A stretch of DNA of 64,000 nt from an uncultured Gammaproteobacteria bacterium (GCA_963764725.1 CAVXTM010000011.1:356341-420340); one strand, 5' to 3'; positions 47,480 to 58,318 are shown, numbered from the stretch's first letter. Numbers and translations: made by a program. Notes: generated by a model not told the origin, from the letters alone.

Positions 47480-48880
47480 ACTGTCGTCGGTCTCTATCCG
47501 TGGTGTGCGGATCGGATCGACCATAATAATGTCCATGGAGGCGAGGTCGATGCGAGTACCGGATGAAGCGATGCAATGGGCGACGCGGCTGGGCAGACGC
47601 ACGCGACGGTTGGTGAAGATGGGTGCACAATTGGCGGCGCATGTGGGGCAAGCGCCGGTGCGGGCCTGTCGGGGTGCGGCCTGTGAAGGAGTCCGTTGCG
47701 CAATGAGGGGGTAGACCCGCAGGCGATCGCCGAAGGGGGCTTTCAGGCGACGGCGCAGTTGGCGGCGAATACTGTGGGCTGGCGGTGGAAGAGTACGAGA
47801 GCAGTTGGGCGATTTGGGCGCCAAGCAGGAGAGCGTTCATTGTGCACTCGTGTTGTTGGCGGCTGAGAGCGGTTGCACAGTGGGATTGATCGAGCAAGAG
47901 CGCTGGTGTCGGCCGGTGACGGAGCGTGGCAAGCGGCACCAGCGTGGGGAGCGCGCCTATGGGGAGAAGGAAAGCTTCAAGTGGCAGCGCGCCAGATTTC
48001 GGTGTGTGACCGTGAGGCTGACGTCTACGAGTATTTGCAGTACAAAGTCGAGCGTGGCGAGCGGTTCGTCGTGCGCGCAAGTTGGGACCGGCGCGTGGCG
48101 GGCGAGGCGCGCCACCTGTTCGAAGCCCTGGAGCGTGCGCCGGTGTTGGGTTCGCATGGCGTGCGGGTCCAGCAACGCGGTGGGGCGCATGCACGGCGTT
48201 CGCGGCAAGCGCATCTGCAGGTGCGCAGCGCCTGCATTGAGTTTTGCGCCCCACGGCGCGCACCGGGACTGCCCTCGCTGCAGGTCAATGCGGTGTTGGC
48301 GATGGAGGCACATCCCCCGCATGGGCAGGAACCCTTGTGCTGGCTGTTGTTGGCGAGCGAACCGGTGGCTACCATCATCGAGGCGCAGCGGGTATTGAGC
48401 CACTATGCGCGGCGCTGGCGAGTGGAGGATTTTCACAAGGCGTGGAAATCCGGCGCTGGGGTAGAAGCCCGACGTATGCAGTCGGCCGACAATTTGGAGC
48501 GCATGGCCGTGATATTGGCATTCATCGCGGTGCGGCTGCTGCAATTGCGCGAATGGCTCGATAGCGCTACAGGCAAAGGCTTGTCGGTGGAGGCAGCAGG
48601 GCAAGTCAGCTGTGCCGGGGTGCTCGAGGAGATGGAATGGAAAGTATTGTGGGTCACACAGCACCGGTGCCGCCCGCCCGCGCAAGCGCCTTCGCTGAAG
48701 TGGGCCTGCGAGACCCTCGCCAAACTGGGCGGCTGGATAGACACAAAACGCACCGGACGCGCTGGCTGGGCTGTATTGTGGGAGGGCTGGTTCCGCTTGC
48801 AGGAACGCGTCGATGCTACTCAGGTCAGCGCGCAATTTCTGAGCCTCAAAAAACAGTGAAAAGATCCGATCAAGAGACAG
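47480..48880 (+). mobile_element. Degraded IS4-family (IS50/Tn5-like) element
   Basis: Transposase fragments LGRRTRRLV, VCDREADVYE, YARRWRVEDFHKAWKSG, LAKLGGW. Right end reverse complement CTGTCTCTTGATCGGATCT differs from the IS50 inner end by one base. Left end uncertain. Confidence 0.88.
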
Positions 48881-48996
48881 CCCTCAGGGAGAGGGAGTTA
48901 ACCGTGGCGCACTGACCTTGCCTCGAAAGCTCGAACCCGAAAAGTCGCGCCGACGCCCGGACGGGGTCTGGTATCGAAAAGTCAGGTTCTTGTCCT

Positions 48997-50172
48997 TCAA
49001 GACGTGACCCCTTTATTGCTCTTGGCTTGGCTCGGAGACGAGCTCATGAACAAACCCAAATAGTCGGAAAACACGAACAGGCGGTTACGCTTGAATCCAG
49101 TTATCTCCTTGAATATGCCAAGCGCTTCAAAGCTTCGAGCGAGCGCACTTGCCGACTGATGGGAGACGTCCAACCGTTGCGCGATCTGAGCTGCGTTCAT
49201 GATCGGCTGTGAATAAAGCTGCTTGAGCAACTCCTGAGCTGTTTTCGCCCGTTTACCTAGCGATAAAAGTTTCCCCTCGCAGCTTTGACGCAATTGAATT
49301 ATTTTTTCAAACGTCTGCTTGCCAATAGTTGCGGTCTCCGCGACTCCAACTAGGAAAAATCGAATCCAGTGTTCGATATCGTTGGATGTTCTTGCAACCG
49401 TCAGTGCGTCGTAATACGCTCCTCTATTCCTGGCAAAGAAATCAGAAAGATAGAGGGTGGGCTTCGTAAGGATGTTCTTGTCCACCAGGTAGAGTGTTAT
49501 GAGGAGTCTGCCGATACGGCCATTACCATCTAGAAACGGGTGAATAGTTTCAAATTGATAGTGACTCAGGGCTGCCCTGATCAGGTGGGGGATTGCGAGG
49601 TCTTTGTTGTGCCAAAACTTTTCCAGATCACTAAGCAGCTCTGGCAACTCCTGGTGAACAGGCGGAATAAAGACTGCGTCCTTTATGCTGGCGCCACCAA
49701 TCCAGTTCTGGCTCTTTCGTATTTCGCCTGGACTTTTGTGCCGACCCCTAACATCAGTGAGGAGAATCTTGTGCGCTTCCTTGATTAACCGCATTGATAG
49801 GGGGAGTCTTTCCAGGGCAGCGATTGCATGGTTGACTGCCTTGGTGTAGTTCTGCACCTCAAACCAATCGTCGCGCCGCTCTGGCTCAATCTCGTCAAGC
49901 GGTAAGACAGCCTCATCGATGTTTGTTTTCGTGCCTTCGATGCGGCTTGACGTGGTAGCCTCTTTGATAATGTGCATGTGAATGAAGAAATCGACATCAG
50001 GCACAAGTTGAGAATAGGCGTTTAACTCGCCGAGAAATCTGGTTGCGTCTTCCAACAGAACATCGATACCAGGATCGTTCCAGGCGAAGGGGCGATTGAT
50101 CGGTGCGGGCGTAAAGCTCTTGTATTGATACTGTTGCCTGTAAGTGCCCGCTTTGAAGGGTTGGGCTTTCAT
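48997..50172 (-). CDS. Fic-family protein with C-terminal HTH
   Basis: [37 protein letters not shown]. Confidence 0.93.
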   Translation of the reverse strand: MKAQPFKAGTYRQQYQYKSFTPAPINRPFAWNDPGIDVLLEDATRFLGELNAYSQLVPDVDFFIHMHIIKEATTSSRIEGTKTNIDEAVLPLDEIEPERRDDWFEVQNYTKAVNHAIAALERLPLSMRLIKEAHKILLTDVRGRHKSPGEIRKSQNWIGGASIKDAVFIPPVHQELPELLSDLEKFWHNKDLAIPHLIRAALSHYQFETIHPFLDGNGRIGRLLITLYLVDKNILTKPTLYLSDFFARNRGAYYDALTVARTSNDIEHWIRFFLVGVAETATIGKQTFEKIIQLRQSCEGKLLSLGKRAKTAQELLKQLYSQPIMNAAQIAQRLDVSHQSASALARSFEALGIFKEITGFKRNRLFVFSDYLGLFMSSSPSQAKSNKGVTS

Positions 50173-50178
50173 CGCGAA

Positions 50179-50246
50179 CTTTACATACAGGATTTTATAT
50201 GTAAAGTAAAGGCGGAAACTTTACATACAGAAAACTGTATGTAAAC
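50179..50246. promoter_or_regulatory. Two tandem palindromic operators directly upstream of fic
   Basis: CTTTACATA-N10-TATGTAAAG and CTTTACATAC-N8-GTATGTAAAC, starts 40 bp apart. Confidence 0.7.
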
Positions 50247-50396
50247 TTCGTGTACCGGGCCGGTGATCTCCGTTGGCCGAACCCGCCGGACATAGCCGGG
50301 CACATCATCGAATCGATCGCAGGTGGAGACGACTTTCTCTACGTGCTCGGGGCGGCGGAAGTGCCGTAATTGGTTAGCAGAACCGCAGTGAGTGAT

Positions 50397-51665
50397 ATGA
50401 CCTACCGGCTTGGACTCGATTTCGCCCAGGCACAGGATCGCGATGATCCGCTGGCGCGCTTTCGCGCGGAGTTCCATCTCCCGAAACAGGCGAACGGCGC
50501 CGATGAGATCTATTTTTGCGGGAATTCGCTGGGGCTGCAGCCGCAGCGCACCCAGGCGTATGTGATCGAGGAGCTGGAAAAATGGCGGCGCTTGGGGGTT
50601 CGGGGTCATTTCGAATCCCGCTATCCCTGGATGCCGTATCACGAGTTTCTGACCGCGGAGACGGCCGGGCTCGCCGGGGCCGAGCCGCGGGAAGTCGTGA
50701 CGATGAACTCGCTCACGGTCAACCTGCATCTGATGATGGCGAGCTTCTACCGCCCGAGCGCCGAGCGGCACAAGATCCTGATCGAGAAAAACGCCTTTCC
50801 CTCCGATCATTACGCCGTCGAATCACAGATCCGGTTTCACGGCTTCGATCCCGCCCGGTCCCTGCTCTTGGTCACGCCGAGACCCGGTGAAGACTGCCTT
50901 CGTCTCGAAGATATCGTGGACTTGATCGAGCGCGAAGGCGCGGCGATCGCATTGATATTACTGCCCGGGGTCCAGTATTACACCGGCCAGGTGCTCGATA
51001 TGGCCGAGATCGTCCGGCTCGGTCATCGGCAAGGCTGCGTGGCCGGTTTCGACCTTGCCCATGCGGCTGGGAATATCCCCTTGAAACTTCACGAGTGGAG
51101 CTGCGATTTCGCCTGTTGGTGTAGCTATAAATACCTCAACGCGGGACCCGGCTCGGTGGCCGGCTGCTTTGTCCATGAGCGCCACGCGGAGCGCTTCGAT
51201 CTGCCGCGCTTCGCGGGCTGGTGGGGCCATGACAAATCGACCCGGTTTCAGATGGGCACCGAGTTCCGGCCCATCCCCGGCGCCGAAGGCTGGCAACTCA
51301 GCAATCCGCCGATCCTCTCCCTGGCCGCGATGCGCGCCTCGCTCGCGGTCTTCAGCGAGGCCGGCGGCATGGGGCCGCTGCGAAAAAAGTCGGAGGCGCT
51401 CACGGGGTACCTCGAGTTTCTCTTGCAAGCGATGCTCGCCGACGACATCGAGATCATCACCCCGCGTGACCCTTCCCGGCGTGGCTGCCAGCTCTCACTG
51501 AGGATCAAAACCAGGCACGGAAAGACCGTGTTTGAAAAAATCACCGCGGCCGGTGTCACCTGCGATTGGCGCGAGCCCGATGTGATCCGCGTGGCCCCGG
51601 TACCGCTTTATAACCGCTTCGAAGAGGTCTACCGCTTCGTCGAAATTCTAAAGGCGAGCTTCTAA
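50397..51665 (+). CDS. kynU: Kynureninase
   Basis: YFCGNSLGLQP, MNSLTVNLHL, FDLAHAAGN, CSYKYLNAGPG, DWREPDVIRVAPVPLYN. Confidence 0.96.
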   Translation: MTYRLGLDFAQAQDRDDPLARFRAEFHLPKQANGADEIYFCGNSLGLQPQRTQAYVIEELEKWRRLGVRGHFESRYPWMPYHEFLTAETAGLAGAEPREVVTMNSLTVNLHLMMASFYRPSAERHKILIEKNAFPSDHYAVESQIRFHGFDPARSLLLVTPRPGEDCLRLEDIVDLIEREGAAIALILLPGVQYYTGQVLDMAEIVRLGHRQGCVAGFDLAHAAGNIPLKLHEWSCDFACWCSYKYLNAGPGSVAGCFVHERHAERFDLPRFAGWWGHDKSTRFQMGTEFRPIPGAEGWQLSNPPILSLAAMRASLAVFSEAGGMGPLRKKSEALTGYLEFLLQAMLADDIEIITPRDPSRRGCQLSLRIKTRHGKTVFEKITAAGVTCDWREPDVIRVAPVPLYNRFEEVYRFVEILKASF

Positions 51666-51666
51666 C

Positions 51667-53022
51667 ATGCGATCGAAGCGCATCACGGTGATCGGCGCAG
51701 GCCCGGCGGGCGCGCTGCTCAGTATTTACCTGGCGCGGCGCGGTTATGAGGTCACCGTATATGAACGCCGTCCCGATCTGCGGCGGGCGCGGATCCCGGC
51801 GGGACGATCCATCAATCTCGCGCTCGCCAATCGCGGTATGCACGCGCTCGCCGAGGTCGGGCTGATGGACCGTGTCAAGCTGCTCTTGATCCCCATGCGC
51901 GGACGCATGATTCACGCCGACGGCGGCGGGCTCCGATTTCAGCCCTACGGACATAAACCCCACGAGGTGATCTACTCGGTGTCGCGCAGCGGGCTCACCG
52001 CGCTCCTCATGGAGGCCGCCGAGTCGGGCGGCCGGGTCGCGATCCGTTTCAATCACACCTGCCAGGGCGTTGATCTTGAACGCCACCGACTGCGCCTGCG
52101 GGATGACCGCAAGGAATTTGAGATCGCCTTCGATCGGATCATCGGCTGTGACGGCATACAGTCTCGGATCCGTCAGACTATTCTCCAGTCGGCCTCGGGC
52201 CATTGCGAGGAGGAGCCGCTCGCCCATGGCTACAAGGAATTGAGCATCCCCGCGGGCGAAAATCAAAGCTTCCGCATGGAAGCCAATGCCCTGCATATCT
52301 GGCCGCGCGGCGATCATATGCTGATCGCGCTTCCGAACCTCGGCGGCGGCTTCACGGCCACCCTGTTCTTGCCTGAGGAAGGAGATCCGAGTTTCGCGGC
52401 GCTCTGCGACGGGGTGCGGTTGCGTGCGTTCTTCCGTCAGCAGTTCCCCGATGCCCTCGCCATCATGCCGCGGCTCGCTAGAGAGTTCTTCCGTCACCCG
52501 ACCGGTAGGCTGAGCACCATTCGCACCCATCCGTGGCATTTCCGGGATGAGGCGCTGATCCTCGGCGATGCCGCGCACGCCATCGTGCCCTTTCACGGTC
52601 AGGGGATGAACTGTGCATTCGAGGACTGCAGCGCTCTCAATGACTGCCTGGCGCGGTCAGGTGACGATTGGGAAAGCGCCCTTGCCGAGTTTGAGGACAT
52701 GCGTAAACCTAATGCCGACGCCATCGCGGACCTGTCTCTCGAGAACTACCTGGAGATGCGCAGCAGTGTGCGCGATCCGAGATTTCAGTTGCAAAAGGAG
52801 CTCGCATGGCGGCTGGAGGACCGCTATCCGAATCGCTTCATTCCCCGCTACTCGATGGTCATGTTCCACCGTATTCCCTACGCCGAGGCCAAACGCCGGG
52901 GCGCCATCCAAGACGAGATATTGGACGCGCTCACCGCGAGCATCCACGACTTGGACCACGTCGATTATGTCCATGCCGACCGGTTGATTGAAGAAAGATT
53001 GGGTGAGCTGAAACCTCCATGA
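51667..53022 (+). CDS. kmo: Kynurenine 3-monooxygenase
   Basis: GRSINLAL, GYKELSIP, NALHIWPR, GDAAHAIVPFHGQGMN, RYSMVMF. Confidence 0.94.
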   Translation: MRSKRITVIGAGPAGALLSIYLARRGYEVTVYERRPDLRRARIPAGRSINLALANRGMHALAEVGLMDRVKLLLIPMRGRMIHADGGGLRFQPYGHKPHEVIYSVSRSGLTALLMEAAESGGRVAIRFNHTCQGVDLERHRLRLRDDRKEFEIAFDRIIGCDGIQSRIRQTILQSASGHCEEEPLAHGYKELSIPAGENQSFRMEANALHIWPRGDHMLIALPNLGGGFTATLFLPEEGDPSFAALCDGVRLRAFFRQQFPDALAIMPRLAREFFRHPTGRLSTIRTHPWHFRDEALILGDAAHAIVPFHGQGMNCAFEDCSALNDCLARSGDDWESALAEFEDMRKPNADAIADLSLENYLEMRSSVRDPRFQLQKELAWRLEDRYPNRFIPRYSMVMFHRIPYAEAKRRGAIQDEILDALTASIHDLDHVDYVHADRLIEERLGELKPP

Positions 53023-55925
53023 GCCATCTGGGTGATGAAGATCTGAGGCCGTTATTGTCGGAGCTGGCGGCCCGGATCGACGGTGAGGTGCACGCGGACT
53101 CCGTCACGCGCATGCTCTATGCGGTCGATGCCTCACCCTACCAAGAGCAGCCCCTCGGCGCTGTGCGGCCGCGGCACGGCGCTGACTGTGCGGCCATCGT
53201 ACGCTTCGCCGCGCGCCATCGTATCCCGCTGATCCCGCGCGCCGCGGGGACGAGCCTCGCGGGCCAGTGCGTCGGCAATGGCCTCGTGGTCGATGTCTCG
53301 CGCTATATGACCGACATCTTGGAGATCGATTGCGAGCGGCGCCGCGCGCGGGTGCGGCCGGGGGTGATTCTGGAGGACCTCAACGACGCTCTCGCACCCA
53401 ACGGGCTCATGTTCGGGCCGGATACCTCCACCGCCAACCGCTGCATGATCGGCGGGATGATCGGCAACAACGCGTGTGGCTCCCACTCCATTCTCTACGG
53501 CACCACGCGCGACCACGTGCTGGAAGTCGAGGCGGTTCTTGGCGATGGGAGCGTCGCGCGCTTCGGTCCGCTGGATAAAAACGCATTGCAGGCAAAGCTG
53601 GGCCTGGACACGCTGGAAGGCCGCATCTACCGCGAGGTATTCCACGCCGTCGATGACCACCGTGTATTGATCCTGGATCGTTACCCGGGCCCGGACGTGC
53701 TCCGGCGCAATACCGGCTATGCCTTGGATGTCTTGGCGCGTGGCCAGCCCTGGGCCACCGGGGGACCGGAGTTTAACCTGGCCCCGTTTCTGTGCGGCAG
53801 CGAGGGCACCCTGGCGATCATCACCGAGGCCGCGCTCAATCTCGTGGTTAAGCCGGCATCTCGGCTCCTGGTCTGCGCCCACTTCGAATCACTGGACAGC
53901 GCGCTGCGCGGCACCTTGGTGGCCGTGCGCCATCAGCCGGCGGCGGTCGAGCTTGTCGACCGGCGCATCCTGGAACCGACCCGCGGCCACCTCGAACAAC
54001 GCCATAACCGCTTCTGGATCGAGGGCGATCCGGAAGCGGTTTTGATCATCGAGCTATGCGGCGCTGACACCAGGGAAGTAGAGCAACACGCGCGCGACCT
54101 TGTTAACGACCTTCAATGCATCGGGTACGCATTTCCGGTGGTGGGTCCGCCGCGCATGAGCCAGGTCTGGGAGTTGCGTGCGGCCGGTCTCGGCCTGCTC
54201 ATGGGCGTGCCGGGGGATATGAAGGCGGTGACGGTGATCGAGGATACGGCGGTGGCGGTGGCTGAGCTCCCGGAGTATGTGCGCCGAATCCAAGCATTGA
54301 TGGAGAAATACCAGACGCGTTGCGTCTACTACGGTCATGCCTCGGTGGGTCTGCTGCATTTGCGCCCCGAGCTTGATCTCAAGCAACCCGAAGGGATCGA
54401 GAAATTCAAAGCGCTCGCCGTGGAAGTCGCGGATCTGGTCGCGGAGCTCGGCGGATCGCTCTCCGGTGAGCACGGCGATGGGCGGCTGCGCGGGCCGTTC
54501 GTGGCGCGCATGTTGGGGAAAGAAATCTATGAGATCCTGTGCCGGATCAAATCCGTCTTCGATCCCGAGGGGATCTTCAACCCGCACAAGGTAACGGCTG
54601 CGTTTCCCATCGACCGTGACCTGCGCGTCAAGGCCACGCGCGCCGAGATCCCGGTCTATTTCGACTGGAGCGCGGATCAAGGGTTCCTGCGCGCCGCGGA
54701 AAAATGCAACGGGGCGGGCGCCTGCCGAAAGCGCGCCGGGCGCGGCACGATGTGTCCCTCCTATATGGCGACCTTAGAGGAGAAGCACACCACCCGCGGA
54801 CGCGCCAACGTGTTCCGCCAGGTACTAAGCTCGCCCGATCCGCTCGCGGGCCTCACCCGTGCGGAGTTGCGTGAGGTCTTGGATCTCTGTCTCGCCTGCA
54901 AGGGGTGCAAATCGGAGTGCCCGGCGACCGTCGATATGGCGCGCATGAAGGCCGAGTTCCTGCAGCACTATCAGGATCGCCACGGCGTGCCGCTGCGGGC
55001 GCGCGTTCTGGGTGGGTTCGGGCGGCTCAACCGGATGGCGGCCCGTTTCCCGGAGGCGGCAACGGCGTTGATCAATCACACGTGGGTCAAACGGCTGCTC
55101 GGAATTCATGAACAGCGCCGGATCCCCGCACTTGCCCGGCAGACCTTCAGCCGCTGGTTTAGCACCCGCGAACAGCGGGCATCGAGCGGCGCAGGGCGTG
55201 ACGTGCTACTCTTCAACGATCTGTTCACCGAATTCCATGAACCCGGGATCGGTATCGCCGCCGCGGGTTTTCTCGAGCGCGCGGGCTATCGAGTCGGTCT
55301 CACGCGGGGAATCGAATCCGGCCGAGTTCAGATCAGTCAGGGTTTCTTGCATCAGGCTAAAGGGATCCTTAACCGATCCATCGCCTGGCTTTATCCCCAC
55401 GCTGCGGAAGGCACAGCGGTCCTGGGCCTGGAGCCTTCGGAGATCCTCACCTTCCGCGATGAGGCGCCCGATCTGGTGGCGAGCCACCTGCGCGCGCAGG
55501 CTCGGACCGTTGCGGGGCGGACCCTGCTTTTCGAGGAATTCATAGCCGAGGAGTCTCGGGCAGGAAAGCTCGGCGCGCTAGCCTTCGATCAGAACCCCTG
55601 CCACGTTCTGGTTCATGGGCACTGTCACCAGAAGGCACTCGCCGGCATGCAGCCGCTCCTCGATGCGCTCGCGATCCTGCCGCATGCCCAGGTGGAGACC
55701 ATTCCCTCAGGCTGCTGCGGCATGGCCGGCGCCTTCGGCTACGAGCGCGAGCACTACGAGGTGTCGATGCGGATCGGCGAGCTGGTGCTCTTTCCAGCGG
55801 TTCGCGGCGCGGCCCCGGAGACCTTGATAGTCGCGCCCGGCACCAGTTGCCGCCATCAGATCGCCGACGGCACAGGCCGGCGGGCCTACCACCCGGCCGA
55901 GCTGCTGTGGCAGCGGCAGGTCTAG
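53019..55925 (+). CDS. FAD-linked oxidase with Fe-S/CCG domains (YdiJ-like)
   Basis: GTSLAGQ, GSEGTL, SGEHGDG, CNGAGAC, CLACKGCKSEC, HGHCHQK, CCGMAG. Confidence 0.92.
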   Translation: MSHLGDEDLRPLLSELAARIDGEVHADSVTRMLYAVDASPYQEQPLGAVRPRHGADCAAIVRFAARHRIPLIPRAAGTSLAGQCVGNGLVVDVSRYMTDILEIDCERRRARVRPGVILEDLNDALAPNGLMFGPDTSTANRCMIGGMIGNNACGSHSILYGTTRDHVLEVEAVLGDGSVARFGPLDKNALQAKLGLDTLEGRIYREVFHAVDDHRVLILDRYPGPDVLRRNTGYALDVLARGQPWATGGPEFNLAPFLCGSEGTLAIITEAALNLVVKPASRLLVCAHFESLDSALRGTLVAVRHQPAAVELVDRRILEPTRGHLEQRHNRFWIEGDPEAVLIIELCGADTREVEQHARDLVNDLQCIGYAFPVVGPPRMSQVWELRAAGLGLLMGVPGDMKAVTVIEDTAVAVAELPEYVRRIQALMEKYQTRCVYYGHASVGLLHLRPELDLKQPEGIEKFKALAVEVADLVAELGGSLSGEHGDGRLRGPFVARMLGKEIYEILCRIKSVFDPEGIFNPHKVTAAFPIDRDLRVKATRAEIPVYFDWSADQGFLRAAEKCNGAGACRKRAGRGTMCPSYMATLEEKHTTRGRANVFRQVLSSPDPLAGLTRAELREVLDLCLACKGCKSECPATVDMARMKAEFLQHYQDRHGVPLRARVLGGFGRLNRMAARFPEAATALINHTWVKRLLGIHEQRRIPALARQTFSRWFSTREQRASSGAGRDVLLFNDLFTEFHEPGIGIAAAGFLERAGYRVGLTRGIESGRVQISQGFLHQAKGILNRSIAWLYPHAAEGTAVLGLEPSEILTFRDEAPDLVASHLRAQARTVAGRTLLFEEFIAEESRAGKLGALAFDQNPCHVLVHGHCHQKALAGMQPLLDALAILPHAQVETIPSGCCGMAGAFGYEREHYEVSMRIGELVLFPAVRGAAPETLIVAPGTSCRHQIADGTGRRAYHPAELLWQRQV

Positions 55926-55935
55926 TCCGCGTTAG

Positions 55936-56078
55936 AGAAGCTATGCAAAAGTTACTGCGCAACCCATCTGCTTTGTTTCGTGCTCGCTCGCCGCTCGCCT
56001 ATCTACCTGATATGTCTCGCGACTCGCTCCGCGGCTTCGGGCATCTGGGCTTGCTCGCGACACTTTTGCAGAGCTTCC
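55936..56078. mobile_element. 143-bp MITE with IS5-type ends
   Basis: TIRs AGAAGCTATGCAAAAGT / ACTTTTGCAGAGCTTCC, flanked by TTAG on both sides; absent from the duplicated copy near 57150. Confidence 0.85.
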
Positions 56079-56253
56079 TTAGGTCATGACCCCGCGTCAA
56101 AACACCTGCTCCAGCATTACGCTTAGCCCGGCAAATAGCTTCGATTCCACCTGTCCAATTGACACCGCGGAGACTCCTCGCGCATTTCGCACGCGAGCGG
56201 CTGACGGCGGTTGGTTTGCCGAGTCCCTGAATGGCGAGTGACGTCTGAAGGGA

Positions 56254-56757
56254 CTAGAAAATGAGCGCGGTGACGAAGATTCCGAGCATGAGGAAGGCCA
56301 GCGCGAGCTTCGCCGCGGCGCCGAACAGCAATCCGATCCACGCGCCAAGGCCCGCGCGTCCCGCTCTGTACAAGTCAGGGCGGGCCGAGTACTCTCCGAT
56401 CACCGCGCCCGCGAAAGGTCCGACGATCAGTCCCGGGATGCCGAAGAAAATTCCGGCGAGCGTGCCGAGGGCGGCACCGCCGATCGCGCGCGTGCTCGCG
56501 CCGTACTTTTTCGCGCCGACGCTGGTCGCGGTAAAGTCGATGAGGTATGAGAGCACGGTCAATATCGCGAGGATCCCCATCGTTACGCCGCTCACCCGCG
56601 TGAAGCCGTCGATCCACGCGCCGAGCAACAAGCCGAAGAAAACGAGCAGGACTCCAGGCAGCGCCGGCAGCACGGTGCCCGCAATGCCAATGAGTATCAG
56701 CAGTCCCGCGAGCAGCCACCACAGAATGATCAAGGCCGCAGCAAGATCAAGTGTCAT
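56254..56757 (-). CDS. DUF456-family membrane protein
   Basis: GIAGTVLPALPG, GAKKYGAS, GLIVGPFAGAVIGE. Confidence 0.85.
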   Translation of the reverse strand: MTLDLAAALIILWWLLAGLLILIGIAGTVLPALPGVLLVFFGLLLGAWIDGFTRVSGVTMGILAILTVLSYLIDFTATSVGAKKYGASTRAIGGAALGTLAGIFFGIPGLIVGPFAGAVIGEYSARPDLYRAGRAGLGAWIGLLFGAAAKLALAFLMLGIFVTALIF

Positions 56758-56985
56758 AGTGCCTCTTGATGAGATCGATGTTCTTGCGATTCGCTTTCCA
56801 GAACGCGTCGAACACATGGCCGACTCCCGGCACCGCGCCCACCGCGGTGTCGATCACGACGTTCCAGATCATCATCTTCGACAGGATCGCTTTTGGCGCG
56901 CCCAGTTTCCTTGCTTTGGAAATGATATGCAGCGAAACAACCGCGGTCGCGAGGTCTCCCCCCAGCCCGCAGTACATTGCCGGCA
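56747..56985 (-). pseudogene. 5'-truncated DUF4112-like membrane protein
   Basis: GDLATAVVSLHII..ARKLGAP..NVVIDTAVGAVPGVGHVFDAFWKANRKN; N-terminus replaced by the duplicated segment. Confidence 0.65.
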
Positions 56986-57010
56986 TGGGTCTTTCAGCGT
57001 CGGCTGACGA

Positions 57011-57252
57011 GTACTTTTCCCAGCCGTCCGCGGCGCCGCCCCGGAGACTTTGATTGTCGCGCCCGGCACCAGTTGCCGCCATTAGATCGCCGACGGCACG
57101 GGCCGGCGGGCCTTACCACCCGGCCGAGCTGCTATGGCAGCGGCAGGTCTTAGTCCGCGCCTGGTTCGTGAAACGCGTCAAAACACCTGCTCCAGCATTA
57201 CGCTGAGCCCGGCAAATAGCCTCGATTCGACCTGTCCCGCTGATACCGCGGA
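57011..57252 (+). repeat. Diverged direct repeat of 55785-56171 (oxidoreductase 3' end plus Uma2 3' end)
   Basis: Direct alignment; the first copy additionally carries the MITE. Confidence 0.9.
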
Positions 57253-57738
57253 ACTGACAAGGACCCACGCTCCTTGTTCGTTTTGGTAGACCTCGATGCT
57301 GTGCTCCATCGGATCGACAATCCAGTACTCCTTGACGCCGCCGCGCGCGTACACGGATTTTTTTTGGCGCAAATCATAGTAGGCCGTGGCGGGCGAGAGG
57401 ATCTCGATCACGAGATCGGGCGCCCCTTCGATTTTCACCTCCCCGATGATGTCAAGACGATCCCGGGCAACGACGATGATGTCGGGCTGGTAAACCTCCA
57501 TTTCTCCAAAATAGACATCGGTCGGAGCAAGAAACACCTCGCCAAGCCGGTGGGTCTTCTCTATAAACTCGACGAGTAAAAACCCGAGTTGCTTCAAAAC
57601 CCGCTGATGATAAGTATTAGGGGCTGGGGTCATGATAAGGTCGCCATCGATAAGCTGATACGGCACACCTTCGGGCAGTGCGGCGTAGTCCGCATAGGTG
57701 TGACTCGTTTTCTCGCCGTGAGGCACTGGAGTCACCAT
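57178..57738 (-). CDS. Uma2/DUF820-family endonuclease-like protein
   Basis: YQLIDG, PAPNTYHQ, QPDII, PDLVIEILSP, YARGGVKEYWIVDP. Confidence 0.9.
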   Translation of the reverse strand: MVTPVPHGEKTSHTYADYAALPEGVPYQLIDGDLIMTPAPNTYHQRVLKQLGFLLVEFIEKTHRLGEVFLAPTDVYFGEMEVYQPDIIVVARDRLDIIGEVKIEGAPDLVIEILSPATAYYDLRQKKSVYARGGVKEYWIVDPMEHSIEVYQNEQGAWVLVSSAVSAGQVESRLFAGLSVMLEQVF

Positions 57739-58042
57739 GACGCTTGCTCAGGATACGAATAGTAAAAGGAACCCGCTAAGACTTTAGACATGTTCGATTA
57801 ATACCAGCATACCATCTAGAACGAGAATCCTGTAGCGCGATGCGCCATACGCTTCTAGAGCCGAGCGGCGACCGAAGATAGCGCTGATGTGATGCATTAC
57901 GCCGCCCGGAAATAGCGATTTGTGACGCGACGATGATCTACATCCTGCCGGCCAACGATTTGCGACATCCTACCGGCAATCCTCGAATATTGCTGCGCCA
58001 TGCCTGCCCACCGAAAACTACCACTATGCGGTGAATAGAGCT

Positions 58043-58216
58043 ATGAAAACGCCGAAGGTGTTCATTTCGTCCACTCTCGAAGACGTGGCCGAATTTCGGA
58101 AAGCTGCGCTGGAGGCGATCCCGCGGCTTAACTGGCAACCCCTCGACTGCGGCTACTGGGACGCCGGCGGCAACCCGCTGCTTGAGACTTGCCTGAAAAG
58201 AGTACCAACTGGGTAG
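58043..58216 (+). pseudogene. Truncated DUF4062-domain gene
   Basis: MKTPKVFISSTLEDVAEFRKAALEAI..PLLETCLKRV; the stop TAG is part of the REP GTAG. Confidence 0.75.
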
Positions 58217-58282
58217 GATGCGGTGACGCAGGAACCGCATCGTTCGCGATTGATGTGGTTCGCTCCGCTTACCACATCCTAC
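58213..58282. repeat. Inverted GTAG REP doublet (BIME-like)
   Basis: GTAGGATGCGG..CCGCATC and GATGTGG..CCACATCCTAC. Confidence 0.8.
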
Positions 58283-58318
58283 GCGCTACGGACCGCGTCG
58301 ATTCGTGAGTGCATCCTA

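Noticed and set aside
50250-50370. Remnant of another kynurenine-pathway gene (ACMSD-like) upstream of kynU
   Set aside because: Only a few residues of resemblance across a frame change; not supportable.
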